Assembly (NCBI GenBank): GCA_017644005.1
Contig: JAEPMJ010000004.1
Span: 238,885 to 302,884, forward strand
DNA from: Rhizobiaceae bacterium
GTDB lineage: Bacteria > Pseudomonadota > Alphaproteobacteria > Rhizobiales > Rhizobiaceae
Reading direction: 5' to 3'
DNA: 64,000 nt
The notes under the pieces are model-generated. The model was not told the origin of the DNA, made no database searches, and was given only the letters and a program-made list of their open reading frames with translations. Shown in pieces: positions 40,150 to 49,675 of the stretch. The stretch's first letter is position 1; each line of letters opens with the position of its first letter. Made by a program: the position numbers and the translations under genes.

Positions 40150-40890
40150 CTATTGCAATGCCGCCACGTCGCCGGGGCGGTCGGGGTTGAACCCTTCAAA
40201 GGTCATCTGGTCGGCATGGGTCACGGTCAGGTCATAGGTCTTGCGGTCGCGCACCGTCCAAGTGATCACAGGCCTCGCAAGGTCGTGCCTCATGAAATCG
40301 GTGAAGGGATTGGGCAGTTCCATCGCGTAGAAAGAGGCAAAGGCCGGATTGTGGGCCAGCATCGAGAAGTGCTGTTCCAGCCGGTCCTGTGTGATGCCCA
40401 CTGCCGTCAGTCCGTACGGAATGCCCGGAGCGTCGGTCGCGAAGCGGCGCACAAGCCAGTGGTCAAACGACATGATCGCTGCCTTGCCGCGATAGGCCGA
40501 GAGCAGTTTGCCGACCTCGGCGACGAGCCCTTCATCCTGCCCGGCGATGCCCTTGAGTTCGATCACCAGCGGCACGCGCCCGGCGACGCGCTCCAGCGTT
40601 TGCCGAAGTGTGGGTACGCGGTCAGCTGTGCCGCCGACTGGGAGTTCCGCGAGCTGGACAGATGTCAGATCGCAGGTGTTGCCTTCTTCGCCCGTCAGCC
40701 GCTTCAGCTGGTCGTCATGGAATACAACGGGCACGCCATCGGCTGCGAGATGAACGTCGCATTCTATGGCGAAATTCCCGGCCACCGCGGCCTCGAAGGC
40801 AGACAGTGTATTTTCCCAACGGTCGATATTGAGATCGTGCAAGCCGCGATGCGCGATCGGGCGTGCGGTGAGCCAGGAAAGGTCGCTCAT
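40150..40890 (-). CDS. glycerophosphodiester phosphodiesterase family protein
   Basis: 246 aa. Motifs IAHRGLHD and AIECDVHLAADGVPVVFHD. Confidence 0.85.
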   Translation of the reverse strand: MSDLSWLTARPIAHRGLHDLNIDRWENTLSAFEAAVAGNFAIECDVHLAADGVPVVFHDDQLKRLTGEEGNTCDLTSVQLAELPVGGTADRVPTLRQTLERVAGRVPLVIELKGIAGQDEGLVAEVGKLLSAYRGKAAIMSFDHWLVRRFATDAPGIPYGLTAVGITQDRLEQHFSMLAHNPAFASFYAMELPNPFTDFMRHDLARPVITWTVRDRKTYDLTVTHADQMTFEGFNPDRPGDVAALQ

Positions 40891-40895
40891 TTCGT

Positions 40896-41360
40896 TCAGG
40901 CGAGCTCGGCGATGACCTCAACCTCGACAGGCGCATTGAGCGGAAGCACCGCCATGCCGACTGCCGAGCGCGCGTGGCGGCCATTGTCGCCGAATGCGGC
41001 AACCAGCAGGTCCGAAGCGCCGTTGGCGACGATATGGGCTTCATGGAAGTCGGGAGCGGCCGCAACGAACACGGTGATCTTGACGATGCGCTTGATGCGG
41101 TTGAGATCGCCGTCACACGCAGCCTTTAAGACGCCGAGCACATTCAGCGCGCAGTGGCGCGCCGCAATCTGGCCGGTCTTGGTGTCCACATCCTTGCCGA
41201 GGAGCCCCGTGGCGACAAGCTTGCCATCCAGGAAGGGCAGCTGCCCCGAGGTCAGGATCAGCTTCCCGGTCTTGTTCCAAGGGATGTAGTTTGCCGCCGG
41301 TGCTGCGACAGTGGGAATGGATTCTCCAAGTTCGGCAACCCGGTTTTCGACCGTTGTCAT
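40896..41360 (-). CDS. RidA/YjgF family protein
   Basis: 154 aa from MTTVENRVAELG (RBS GAAGGAG). C-terminal ARSAVGMAVLPLNAPVEVEVIAEL. Confidence 0.85.
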   Translation of the reverse strand: MTTVENRVAELGESIPTVAAPAANYIPWNKTGKLILTSGQLPFLDGKLVATGLLGKDVDTKTGQIAARHCALNVLGVLKAACDGDLNRIKRIVKITVFVAAAPDFHEAHIVANGASDLLVAAFGDNGRHARSAVGMAVLPLNAPVEVEVIAELA

Positions 41361-41494
41361 AGGAAATGCTCCTTCAAAAATGTCTGTAGATGTCATTTGG
41401 CGGCTTTCATCTCGCCTCGCTTCGGCCACCGATGTGTATATGGTGATACACGCGACGCTTGCGTCGCCCAAGTGACCTGAGGAGACATTCACAG

Positions 41495-42316
41495 ATGCGC
41501 GCATCCTGCGCCAAATTTTTTGGCCCGGCCGTCCTTGTACTGGCCCTGCCGGCCGCCGCTCAGGCTGCCCAGGCGCTGGCGCCCCATCGCGCCGTATATG
41601 ACCTCAAACTCGACCAGGCATCCGACAGGTCGGGTATCAAGAGCGTCGATGGGCGGATGGTCTATGAGTTCGATGGTTCCGCCTGCGATGGCTACACTGT
41701 CAATTTCCGGTTCGTCACGGAAATCAGTACCGACGAGATGTCGCGCATCAGCGATTTGCAGACCTCAACCTACGAGGATGGAACGGGCGACCATTTCAGC
41801 TTCGTCACCAAATCCTATGTGAACCAGAAGCTGGATCGCGAGATCAAGGGCAGTGCAACGCGCGACGCCAGCGGCGTTTCGGTCGAGCTCGACAAACCCG
41901 ACAAACGCTCGCTCGGGCTCGAACGTTCGCAATTTCCGACCGAACATCTTCTGGAACTGATCGGCCGCGCCGAAAGCTCGGAGACGTTCTACGAGACGAC
42001 TATATTCGACGGCTCGGAAGACGCCGACCGCATCATGACCACGACCGTGATCATCGGCCGAAAGGCGCCGATTCCCAGTGGAGATCCCGAGTTGAACGTT
42101 GTCGGTGCGCTTTCCGAAGACCGGTTCTGGCCGGTCGATATCGCGTATTTCGATTTGTCCGGTGAAAATGGCGAGGAAGTGCCGAGCTACCGCATCTCGT
42201 TCAAGCTGCATGAAAGCGGCATTACCCGTGATATCGTCATGGACTATGGCGATTTCGCGCTGGCCGGACAGCTGGTTCAGCTCGACATGCTGCCGCAGCC
42301 CGAATGCAGCCGCTGA
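41495..42316 (+). CDS. eipB: cell envelope integrity protein EipB (DUF1849)
   Basis: 273 aa. Signal peptide, then PHRAVYDLKLDQASDRSGIKSVDGRMVYEF..., resembling Brucella EipB and DUF1849 (from memory). Confidence 0.7.
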   Translation: MRASCAKFFGPAVLVLALPAAAQAAQALAPHRAVYDLKLDQASDRSGIKSVDGRMVYEFDGSACDGYTVNFRFVTEISTDEMSRISDLQTSTYEDGTGDHFSFVTKSYVNQKLDREIKGSATRDASGVSVELDKPDKRSLGLERSQFPTEHLLELIGRAESSETFYETTIFDGSEDADRIMTTTVIIGRKAPIPSGDPELNVVGALSEDRFWPVDIAYFDLSGENGEEVPSYRISFKLHESGITRDIVMDYGDFALAGQLVQLDMLPQPECSR

Positions 42317-43131
42317 GACCGGCGATTGCCGGTCTTGCGCTGGCGATCGCTTCGTTTGCGGGCCTTCTTCAGCCAGCTGCCGCCAGGCCGGTCTGCCTCG
42401 TGGTCGCAGATGCCGCCTCGGGCGCGGAACTTGTCAGGGAAGGCGATTGCGAAACGCGTGTAACTCCGGCCTCGACGTTCAAGCTGGCGCTCGCGGTGAT
42501 GGGTTTCGATAGCGGTTTCCTCGCGAATGCGAACGAACCCGTGATCGATTTTCGCGAGGGTTTTCCCGCGTGGGGCGGAGCCGAGTGGCGCAAGCCCGCC
42601 GACCCGGCGCGCTGGATGCGTTATTCGGTTGTCTGGTATTCGCGTTTCATAACGCATCATCTCGGAGTTGAGGGACTCGAGCGCTACAGTCGGTCTTTCG
42701 GCTATGGCAACGCCGATTTGACCGGTGATCCGGGTAAGGACAACGGCCTCGATCGCGGGTGGATCAGCTCGTCGCTCAGAATATCGCCTGATGAACAGGT
42801 TCGGTTTCTGCGCCGCTTCGTCAATCGCGATCTGCCGGTTTCGACGGAGACTTATAGGCTGGTCGAACGCATCATCCAGAAACACACCCTTGCCGGCAAC
42901 TGGGTAGTCGCCGGCAAGACGGGTTCGGCCTATCCATACAAGGCCGATGGGTCTTTCGACCGCAAACGGGCCTGGGGCTGGTATGTCGGCTGGGCGGGGA
43001 GGGGCGACACCACTCTGGTGTTTGCTCGCCTTGACGAGGTGGATGCCACGAAAAACGGTTCGTCGGGGCTCTATGTCCGCGGCCAGTTTCTGGACAATTG
43101 GTCGCAAATAGCGGAAGCGGCAGAGCGTTAG
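42304..43131 (+). CDS. class D (OXA-type) beta-lactamase homolog
   Basis: 275 aa with a signal peptide. All class D motifs are present in order: STFK (57-60), SVV (108-110), YGN (134-136), W153 and KTG (205-207). Confidence 0.85.
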   Translation: MQPLRPAIAGLALAIASFAGLLQPAAARPVCLVVADAASGAELVREGDCETRVTPASTFKLALAVMGFDSGFLANANEPVIDFREGFPAWGGAEWRKPADPARWMRYSVVWYSRFITHHLGVEGLERYSRSFGYGNADLTGDPGKDNGLDRGWISSSLRISPDEQVRFLRRFVNRDLPVSTETYRLVERIIQKHTLAGNWVVAGKTGSAYPYKADGSFDRKRAWGWYVGWAGRGDTTLVFARLDEVDATKNGSSGLYVRGQFLDNWSQIAEAAER

Positions 43132-43167
43132 AGCCGAATACGCCGCACCCGCGAAGACCCGGGCAGG

Positions 43168-43196
43168 CTTGCAAATAGGCTCCGCGCCATCTATAT
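43168..43196 (+). promoter_or_regulatory. candidate sigma70 promoter of rpsB-tsf
   Basis: CTTGCA-N17-CTATAT, read directly. It is a near match to the alphaproteobacterial consensus. Confidence 0.5.
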
Positions 43197-43311
43197 GCGC
43201 GCGCATTCCACACACGGACTTTGGTTTTCGGGCGGGAGACATCCTCCGACGACCGCCGGTGGCGCAAAACGCGCCTTTGTCCGTGGAGGCCAACCGGAAA
43301 GGACAATGACT

Positions 43312-44151
43312 ATGGCTCTGCCAGACTACAGCATGCGTCAGCTTTTGGAAGCCGGCGTTCACTTCGGCCACCAGACGCACCGCTGGAACCCGAAAATGTC
43401 GCAGTACATTTTCGGCAGCCGCAACAACATCCACATTATCGACCTGTCGCAGACGGTTCCGCTGTTGCACCAGGCGCTGAAAAAAGTATCCGACACGGTT
43501 TCGACCGGCGGCCGCGTTCTGTTCGTCGGCACCAAGCGCCAGGCGTCGGAGATCATCGCCGATTCCGCCAAGCGCTCGGCCCAGTACTATGTCAATGCGC
43601 GCTGGCTCGGCGGCATGCTGACCAACTGGAAGACGATCTCGAATTCGATCCAGCGTCTGCGCAAGCTCGAAGAGCTGCTAGCCGACGGTGCTCAGGCATC
43701 GGCCTTCACCAAGAAGGAACGCCTGAACCTGGAGCGCGAGCGCGAGAAACTCGACCGTGCGCTGGGCGGCATCAAGGACATGGGCTCGACGCCGGACCTG
43801 ATGTTCGTGATCGATACCAACAAGGAAGCGATCGCCATTCAGGAGGCCAAGCGCCTCGGCATTCCGGTCGTCGCGATCGTGGATTCGAACTGCGACCCGG
43901 ACATTGTCGACTACCCGATCCCGGGCAATGATGACGCCGCGCGGGCCATTTCGCTCTATTGCGACCTGATTTCGAAGGCTGCGATCGACGGTATCGCCCG
44001 CCAGCAGGGCTCGGCGGGTATCGATGTCGGCGCTGCCGAAGAAGCTCCTGTCGAGACCGCCGTGGCCGATGAGCCTGCGGCCGAGGAACCGGCAGCGGAA
44101 GCTGCTCCGGTCGAGGCGGAAGCCAAAGACGAAGACAAGAAGGACGCCTGA
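43312..44151 (+). CDS. rpsB: 30S ribosomal protein S2
   Basis: [29 protein letters not shown]... ATG 43312 lies 8 nt after GGAAAGGA. The C-terminal tail is acidic and Ala/Glu-rich. Confidence 0.95.
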   Translation: MALPDYSMRQLLEAGVHFGHQTHRWNPKMSQYIFGSRNNIHIIDLSQTVPLLHQALKKVSDTVSTGGRVLFVGTKRQASEIIADSAKRSAQYYVNARWLGGMLTNWKTISNSIQRLRKLEELLADGAQASAFTKKERLNLEREREKLDRALGGIKDMGSTPDLMFVIDTNKEAIAIQEAKRLGIPVVAIVDSNCDPDIVDYPIPGNDDAARAISLYCDLISKAAIDGIARQQGSAGIDVGAAEEAPVETAVADEPAAEEPAAEAAPVEAEAKDEDKKDA

Positions 44152-44250
44152 CCGGCGGCCGGTCAGCCGGCTGTCATTTTCAGGCGCTATAGCGCACCGC
44201 GACGCGCGGTGCGCGATTACGTATTCAGACTGCGATATGAAGAGGCAAAA

Positions 44251-45174
44251 ATGAGCATCTCGGCAGCACAGGTGAAGGAACTGCGCGACATCACCGGCGC
44301 GGGCATGATGGACTGCAAGGCGGCTTTGGCCGAAACCAATGGCGACATGGAAGCGGCAATCGACCTTCTGCGGAAGAAGGGCATTGCAAAGGCCGACAAG
44401 AAGGCCGGACGAACGGCTGCGGAAGGCCTGATCGGCGTTGCCATGGAAGGTACGGCCGCGGTCGTGGTCGAAGTTAATTCCGAGACCGACTTCGTGGCTC
44501 GCAACGAGTCGTTTCAGGATATTGTGCGCAACGTGGCGAAGGCCGCTCTCGACACCGACGGCTCCAGCGAAGCCGTAGCTGCCGCCCCTTATCCGGATTC
44601 GGGCAAATCGGTTACGGACACGATCAAGGACGCTGTCGGCACCATTGGCGAAAACATGAGCTTCCGCCGCTCCGCGAAACTTTCGGTCGGACAGGGTGCT
44701 GTGGCGACCTATGTCCACAACTCGGTGGATGAAAGCCTCGGCAAGATGGGTGTGCTGGTCGGTATCGAAACCAGCGGCAACGCAGATGCTGCGCGCGCAT
44801 TCGGCCGCCGGGTGGCCATGCACGTTGCTGCAACGAACCCGCTTTCGCTTACTCCGGACGAGGTCGATCCGGCTGTGGTCGAGCGCGAGAAGGCGATTTT
44901 TGCCGACCAGGCGCGTGCCTCCGGCAAGCCGGACAACATCATCGAAAAGATGGTCGAAGGCAGGCTGCGCAAGTTCTACGAAGAGGTTGTGCTGCTCAAA
45001 CAGGCATTCGTCATCAACCCTGATCTGACGGTGGAAAAGGCGCTTCAGGAAGCCGAAAAGGACATTGGCGCTCCGGCCAAGATCACCGGCTTCGTGCGTT
45101 TTGCGCTCGGCGAGGGCATTGAACGTCAGGAAGCCGATTTTGCTGCCGAAGTGGCGGCTGCGGCGGGTAACTGA
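44251..45174 (+). CDS. tsf: translation elongation factor Ts
   Basis: [44 protein letters not shown]. Confidence 0.95.
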   Translation: MSISAAQVKELRDITGAGMMDCKAALAETNGDMEAAIDLLRKKGIAKADKKAGRTAAEGLIGVAMEGTAAVVVEVNSETDFVARNESFQDIVRNVAKAALDTDGSSEAVAAAPYPDSGKSVTDTIKDAVGTIGENMSFRRSAKLSVGQGAVATYVHNSVDESLGKMGVLVGIETSGNADAARAFGRRVAMHVAATNPLSLTPDEVDPAVVEREKAIFADQARASGKPDNIIEKMVEGRLRKFYEEVVLLKQAFVINPDLTVEKALQEAEKDIGAPAKITGFVRFALGEGIERQEADFAAEVAAAAGN

Positions 45175-45274
45175 CGCACCCGATTTTCCACAAACGATGC
45201 CATAGGGCGCTGCGTGACAACGCGGCGCCCTTCGTGTATCGCGGGTTCGATTTCACCAGAAGGCCGAACAAAGA

Positions 45275-45997
45275 ATGCCCGACCAGCCACCCTATCGCCG
45301 CGTATTGCTGAAAGCCTCGGGCGAAGCACTGATGGGGGGACAAGGTTTCGGCATCGACGTTTCAGTCGTTGACCGGATCGCGGCCGACATCGTTGAAGCG
45401 CGCAAGCTTGGCGTCGAAGTCGCGGTCGTGATTGGCGGCGGCAATATCTTCCGCGGCGTGGCCGTAGCCTCCAAGGGCGGCGACCGGGTGACAGGCGACC
45501 ACATGGGCATGCTAGCCACTGTGATCAATTCGCTTGCTCTCCGAACATCGCTGGTCAAGATGGGAGTCGAGGCGGTCGTGCTTTCGGCGATCGCAATGCC
45601 CGAGCTGTGCGAGAGCTTCTCGCAGCGCCAGGCGACCGCCTATATGGACGCTGGCAAAGTGGTGATTTTTGCAGGCGGCACGGGCAATCCCTTCTTCACC
45701 ACCGATTCGGCGGCGGCTTTGCGCGCCGCGGAGATTGGCGCGGATGCGCTTTTCAAAGGTACGCAGGTGGACGGTGTCTATTCGGCGGATCCGAAAAAGG
45801 ACCCGAATGCCGAACGATACGACAAGCTCGGCCATGCCGAAGTCATCCAGCAGGGCCTGATGATCATGGACACTGCGGCAATTGCGCTTGCGCGCGAGAA
45901 CCACATTCCGATAATCGTGTTCTCGATCCACGAAGAACACGGTTTCAGCGCGATTCTTCGCGGAAACGGTAGATATACGGTGGTCTCGGACGAATAG
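45275..45997 (+). CDS. pyrH: UMP kinase
   Basis: 240 aa. Motifs [13 protein letters not shown]...[11 protein letters not shown]. Confidence 0.95.
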   Translation: MPDQPPYRRVLLKASGEALMGGQGFGIDVSVVDRIAADIVEARKLGVEVAVVIGGGNIFRGVAVASKGGDRVTGDHMGMLATVINSLALRTSLVKMGVEAVVLSAIAMPELCESFSQRQATAYMDAGKVVIFAGGTGNPFFTTDSAAALRAAEIGADALFKGTQVDGVYSADPKKDPNAERYDKLGHAEVIQQGLMIMDTAAIALARENHIPIIVFSIHEEHGFSAILRGNGRYTVVSDE

Positions 45998-46046
45998 CCC
46001 GCGCCAGACGCGGAAAACCGGTACCCCGTCAGCAGGAGGGAAGACA

Positions 46047-46607
46047 ATGGCAGGCGCTGTCGATTTCAAGGATCTTCAGCGGCGGATGGAGGGCGCGGTT
46101 TCCGTGTTCAAATCCGATCTCGCTTCACTGAGAACCGGCCGTGCGTCCGGCAATCTGCTCGATCCGATTCAGGTAGAGGCCTATGGCTCTCAAATGCCGC
46201 TCAACCAGGTCGCCACGATCTCTGTTCCGGAGCCGCGGATGCTGAGCGTTCAGGTGTGGGACAAATCCATGGTCCCGGCTGTCGATCGGGCGATCCGCGA
46301 ATCCAACCTCGGCTTCAATCCCATCGTCGATGGCACCAATCTGCGTATTCCGCTGCCCGAGCTCAACGAGGAGCGGCGCAAGGAGCTGGTGAAAATCGCC
46401 CACAACTATGCGGAGAACGCCCGCGTTGCCGCCCGGCACGTGCGCCGCGACGGCATGGATCATCTCAAGAAATCGGAAAAAGACGGCGAGACGAGCGAAG
46501 ACGATGCGCGCCGCCTTCACGATCAGGTGCAGAAGCTGACCGACGACACGATTGCCACGATCGACAGCCTGCTGACGGAAAAAGAGGCGGAGATCCTGCA
46601 CGTTTAG
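46047..46607 (+). CDS. frr: ribosome recycling factor
   Basis: 186 aa. Motifs [20 protein letters not shown]...[19 protein letters not shown]. Confidence 0.95.
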   Translation: MAGAVDFKDLQRRMEGAVSVFKSDLASLRTGRASGNLLDPIQVEAYGSQMPLNQVATISVPEPRMLSVQVWDKSMVPAVDRAIRESNLGFNPIVDGTNLRIPLPELNEERRKELVKIAHNYAENARVAARHVRRDGMDHLKKSEKDGETSEDDARRLHDQVQKLTDDTIATIDSLLTEKEAEILHV

Positions 46608-46642
46608 CCGTACGGCCAGCGGGGAGGCGGACCGGTTCGAGG

Positions 46643-47356
46643 ATGAAACCCGACCATATAGCCATCATCATGGACGGCAACGGGCGCTGGGCCAAGAGCC
46701 GCGGCCTGCCGCGCGCGGCAGGACATCGGGCCGGTGTCGAGGCCTTGCGTGCAACGGTTCGTGCAGTCGGTGATCTTGGGGTCAACTGGCTCACCGTCTA
46801 CGCGTTTTCTTCGGAAAACTGGTCGCGGCCGAAATCGGAAGTCTCCGACCTCATGGGGCTGCTCAAATTGTTCATCCGCCGCGACCTTGCGGAACTGCAC
46901 AACAGCGGCGTGCGGGTGCGGGTGATCGGGCGGCGCGAGGGGCTGGACCCTGAAATCGAAGGCCTGCTGCACGAGGCGGAAGCGCTGACCGCCCTTAACA
47001 GCAAAAGCAATCTGGTGATTGCGTTCAATTATGGCGGGCGAGACGAAATCGCGCGCGCCAGCAGGCGTATTGCCGAGGATGTGGCGGCCGGCAAGCTTGC
47101 CCCGGAAGGTATCACCGAGGAGAGTTTCTCAGAATATCTGGATACCGCAGGCATCCCGGATCCCGACCTGGTGATCCGCACCAGCGGCGAGCAGCGCATG
47201 TCGAACTTTCTGCCCTGGCAGGCGGCGTATTCGGAACTGGTATTCGTCCCGTGCTTCTGGCCTGATTTCGGCCGTGTGGAGCTCATGAATGCGGTCGAGG
47301 TATTCGGTTCGCGCGAGCGCCGCTTCGGTGGGGTTGTGGCGCGCGACGCGTCATGA
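46643..47356 (+). CDS. uppS: undecaprenyl diphosphate synthase (isoprenyl transferase)
   Basis: 237 aa from [17 protein letters not shown]. Motif [14 protein letters not shown]. The track start 46256 is an artefact that overlaps frr. Confidence 0.93.
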   Translation: MKPDHIAIIMDGNGRWAKSRGLPRAAGHRAGVEALRATVRAVGDLGVNWLTVYAFSSENWSRPKSEVSDLMGLLKLFIRRDLAELHNSGVRVRVIGRREGLDPEIEGLLHEAEALTALNSKSNLVIAFNYGGRDEIARASRRIAEDVAAGKLAPEGITEESFSEYLDTAGIPDPDLVIRTSGEQRMSNFLPWQAAYSELVFVPCFWPDFGRVELMNAVEVFGSRERRFGGVVARDAS

Positions 47357-48219
47357 GCGGCGGTTCGCCCGACGGCCTCGAGCACGCGGGCAACAAGCCA
47401 CGCAGCAACCTTCAATTGCGGGTGATCTCAGCGCTGGTGCTGGCGGCGGCTGTACTGGCGCTCACGTGGTGGGGAGGCACGGCCTTCCGGTTATTTGCGG
47501 CGGCAATGGGTGCCGCGGTCTTCCACGAATGGTCTACGCTATCGAAGGATCGCTACTCGCCCGCTTACCGAACTGCCGCCTGGGCGCTCGCCGCTTCGGT
47601 GCTCATAGCGCTGGCAGCCGGCAGCGATGCACTGACGCTCTTTGGCGCGATCGCCATAGCAGCTGCCGGCGCGTGGGTTGCAGCGATCATACTGGGACAG
47701 GGCCCAGGGCTCGCTGCGGGAATTGTATATGCGACGGCGCCCGCCGTCGCGCTGGCGTTTCTGCGCGGCAATGACCCGTCCGGCCTGTGGGCGATTCTTT
47801 TCCTGTTTGCATGCGTGTGGGGAACGGACATCGCCGCCTATTTCGCCGGACGGTATTTCGGCGGCCCGAAACTCGCCCCGTCGATTTCACCGTCGAAAAC
47901 CTGGAGCGGCGCCATTGGCGGCATCGTCGCCGCGGCTATTGGCGGCGGGTTGATCGCGGCGACCGGCCCGTCTTCCGCCGCCCTCGCAATCGGTGTACTC
48001 GCCGCCATCGGCGTTTCGGTTGTTTCGCAGTTCGGCGATCTTTTCGAATCGGCTTACAAGCGGCGCCATGGCGCAAAAGACTCCGGCCAGATGATACCAG
48101 GCCATGGTGGTGTCATGGATCGGGTCGACGGGCTTGTCGCGGCGGCGCTGGCGCTCTACGTGATCTGCGCCAGTCTCGCCGGTCCGGATAGTCCAGCTGC
48201 CGGGCTTTTCGGCGGTTAG
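47353..48219 (+). CDS. cdsA: phosphatidate cytidylyltransferase
   Basis: 288-aa multi-TM protein. Signature [27 protein letters not shown]. Confidence 0.92.
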   Translation: MSGGSPDGLEHAGNKPRSNLQLRVISALVLAAAVLALTWWGGTAFRLFAAAMGAAVFHEWSTLSKDRYSPAYRTAAWALAASVLIALAAGSDALTLFGAIAIAAAGAWVAAIILGQGPGLAAGIVYATAPAVALAFLRGNDPSGLWAILFLFACVWGTDIAAYFAGRYFGGPKLAPSISPSKTWSGAIGGIVAAAIGGGLIAATGPSSAALAIGVLAAIGVSVVSQFGDLFESAYKRRHGAKDSGQMIPGHGGVMDRVDGLVAAALALYVICASLAGPDSPAAGLFGG

Positions 48220-48317
48220 TCGGCATATTCGGCGGCGGCGGACGCCACCGAACAGTCGATATCGGAATGACAGTTGCGGGCCGTTGCGCAGCTCGGCAGG
48301 CAAAATGCGGGGATCAA

Positions 48318-49460
48318 GTGATCGACTTCCTGACCAGCATATTCAGCACCGACGGCATACTCATTGGCACCATCGCGCCGTTTCTTCTGGTTCTCACCAT
48401 CGTCGTGTTCGTCCACGAAATGGGCCACTATCTCGTCGGCCGCTGGTGTGGCATCGGCGTGAGGGCCTTCTCGATCGGATTCGGTCCCGAGCTTCTGGGA
48501 TTCAACGACCGCCACGGCACGCGTTGGAAACTGTCTGCGATCCCGCTCGGCGGATATGTGAAATTCGTTGGCGACATGAATGCCACGAGCACGCCGCCCG
48601 ACCAGGAGGAAATGGAAGCGCTGACGCCGCAGGAACAGCGCATTGCATTCCACACCCAGCCGGTGTGGAAGCGTGCGCTCACCGTATTCGCGGGACCGGC
48701 ATTCAACTTCCTGCTGACGATAGCCGTTTTCGCTGTCATGTTCGGCACTTACGGGCGCTATGTTACCGAGCCCATGGTGGCCGAAGTGCGGGCGGAGAGC
48801 CCGGCGGACATTGCGGGCTTCCAGCCCGGTGACCGTTTCGTTTCGGTCGATGGGACGCAGATCGAAACCTTTGCCGACGTCCAGCGGATCGTCTCGGGGC
48901 GCGCGGGCGACGAAATCACCTTCGTCATGATGCGCGACGGCGAGGAGGTAACTCTCGTCGCCACGCCGGAGCTGATGGAGCAGACCGACGCGCTCGGCAA
49001 CGTCGTGCGCATCGGCATTATCGGTGTCGTCAACAATGAGGAGCTGGGACAGCCCCGGCTGATCGAATATTCGCCCGGACAGGCGCTTGTGGAAGGCATT
49101 TCGGAAACCGGGCACATTATCGCCCGCACCGGACAGTTTCTGAAGCGCTTCGTTGCAGGGCGGGAAGACAGGTGCCAGCTTGGCGGGCCTGTGCGCATCG
49201 CCGAGATGTCAGGCAAGGCGGCGGCGCTCGGGATCGAGTGGCTTGTGCAACTGGTAGCGCTGCTGTCGGTGGGCATCGGCTTCCTGAACCTGCTGCCCAT
49301 TCCACCACTCGATGGCGGCCATCTGGTTTTCTACGGCATTGAAGCGGCGATTCGGCGTCCCGTTCCCGAGCGTCTTATGGAAGGCGTCTACAGGGTCGGC
49401 CTGCTGCTCGTGCTGGCCTTCATGGTGTTCGTGTTCTGGAACGACATCTTCGGGTGCTGA
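48318..49460 (+). CDS. rseP: RIP zinc metalloprotease RseP
   Basis: HEMGHYLV site, a PDZ domain and NLLPIPPLDGG. I chose the GTG 48318 start by N-terminal length. The track start 48267 is also possible. Confidence 0.9.
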   Translation: MIDFLTSIFSTDGILIGTIAPFLLVLTIVVFVHEMGHYLVGRWCGIGVRAFSIGFGPELLGFNDRHGTRWKLSAIPLGGYVKFVGDMNATSTPPDQEEMEALTPQEQRIAFHTQPVWKRALTVFAGPAFNFLLTIAVFAVMFGTYGRYVTEPMVAEVRAESPADIAGFQPGDRFVSVDGTQIETFADVQRIVSGRAGDEITFVMMRDGEEVTLVATPELMEQTDALGNVVRIGIIGVVNNEELGQPRLIEYSPGQALVEGISETGHIIARTGQFLKRFVAGREDRCQLGGPVRIAEMSGKAAALGIEWLVQLVALLSVGIGFLNLLPIPPLDGGHLVFYGIEAAIRRPVPERLMEGVYRVGLLLVLAFMVFVFWNDIFGC

Positions 49461-49675
49461 TCGTGCAAACGCTTGGTTTGAGACGGAAAATTGAGATGTC
49501 ATTTACCATGGACGGCAAAATCCGTGGTGTCCGTGCAACGCTTGGCGAAATCGTAAACGCAAATTAACCAGAAACCTTGCGTGTGGGCGAAATCCGGTTA
49601 TTACGGTGGGAGAGTTCTGCCGAGATCCGGACTTCTCGCTGTGGGGACTACGAGAAAAGAAGGTAAGACAGCCCT

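Noticed and set aside
49496-49567. 23-codon ORF (MSFTMDGKIRGVRATLGEIVNAN) in the rseP-bamA spacer.
   Set aside because: It has no convincing RBS, no terminator or hydrophobic signature, and no other support.
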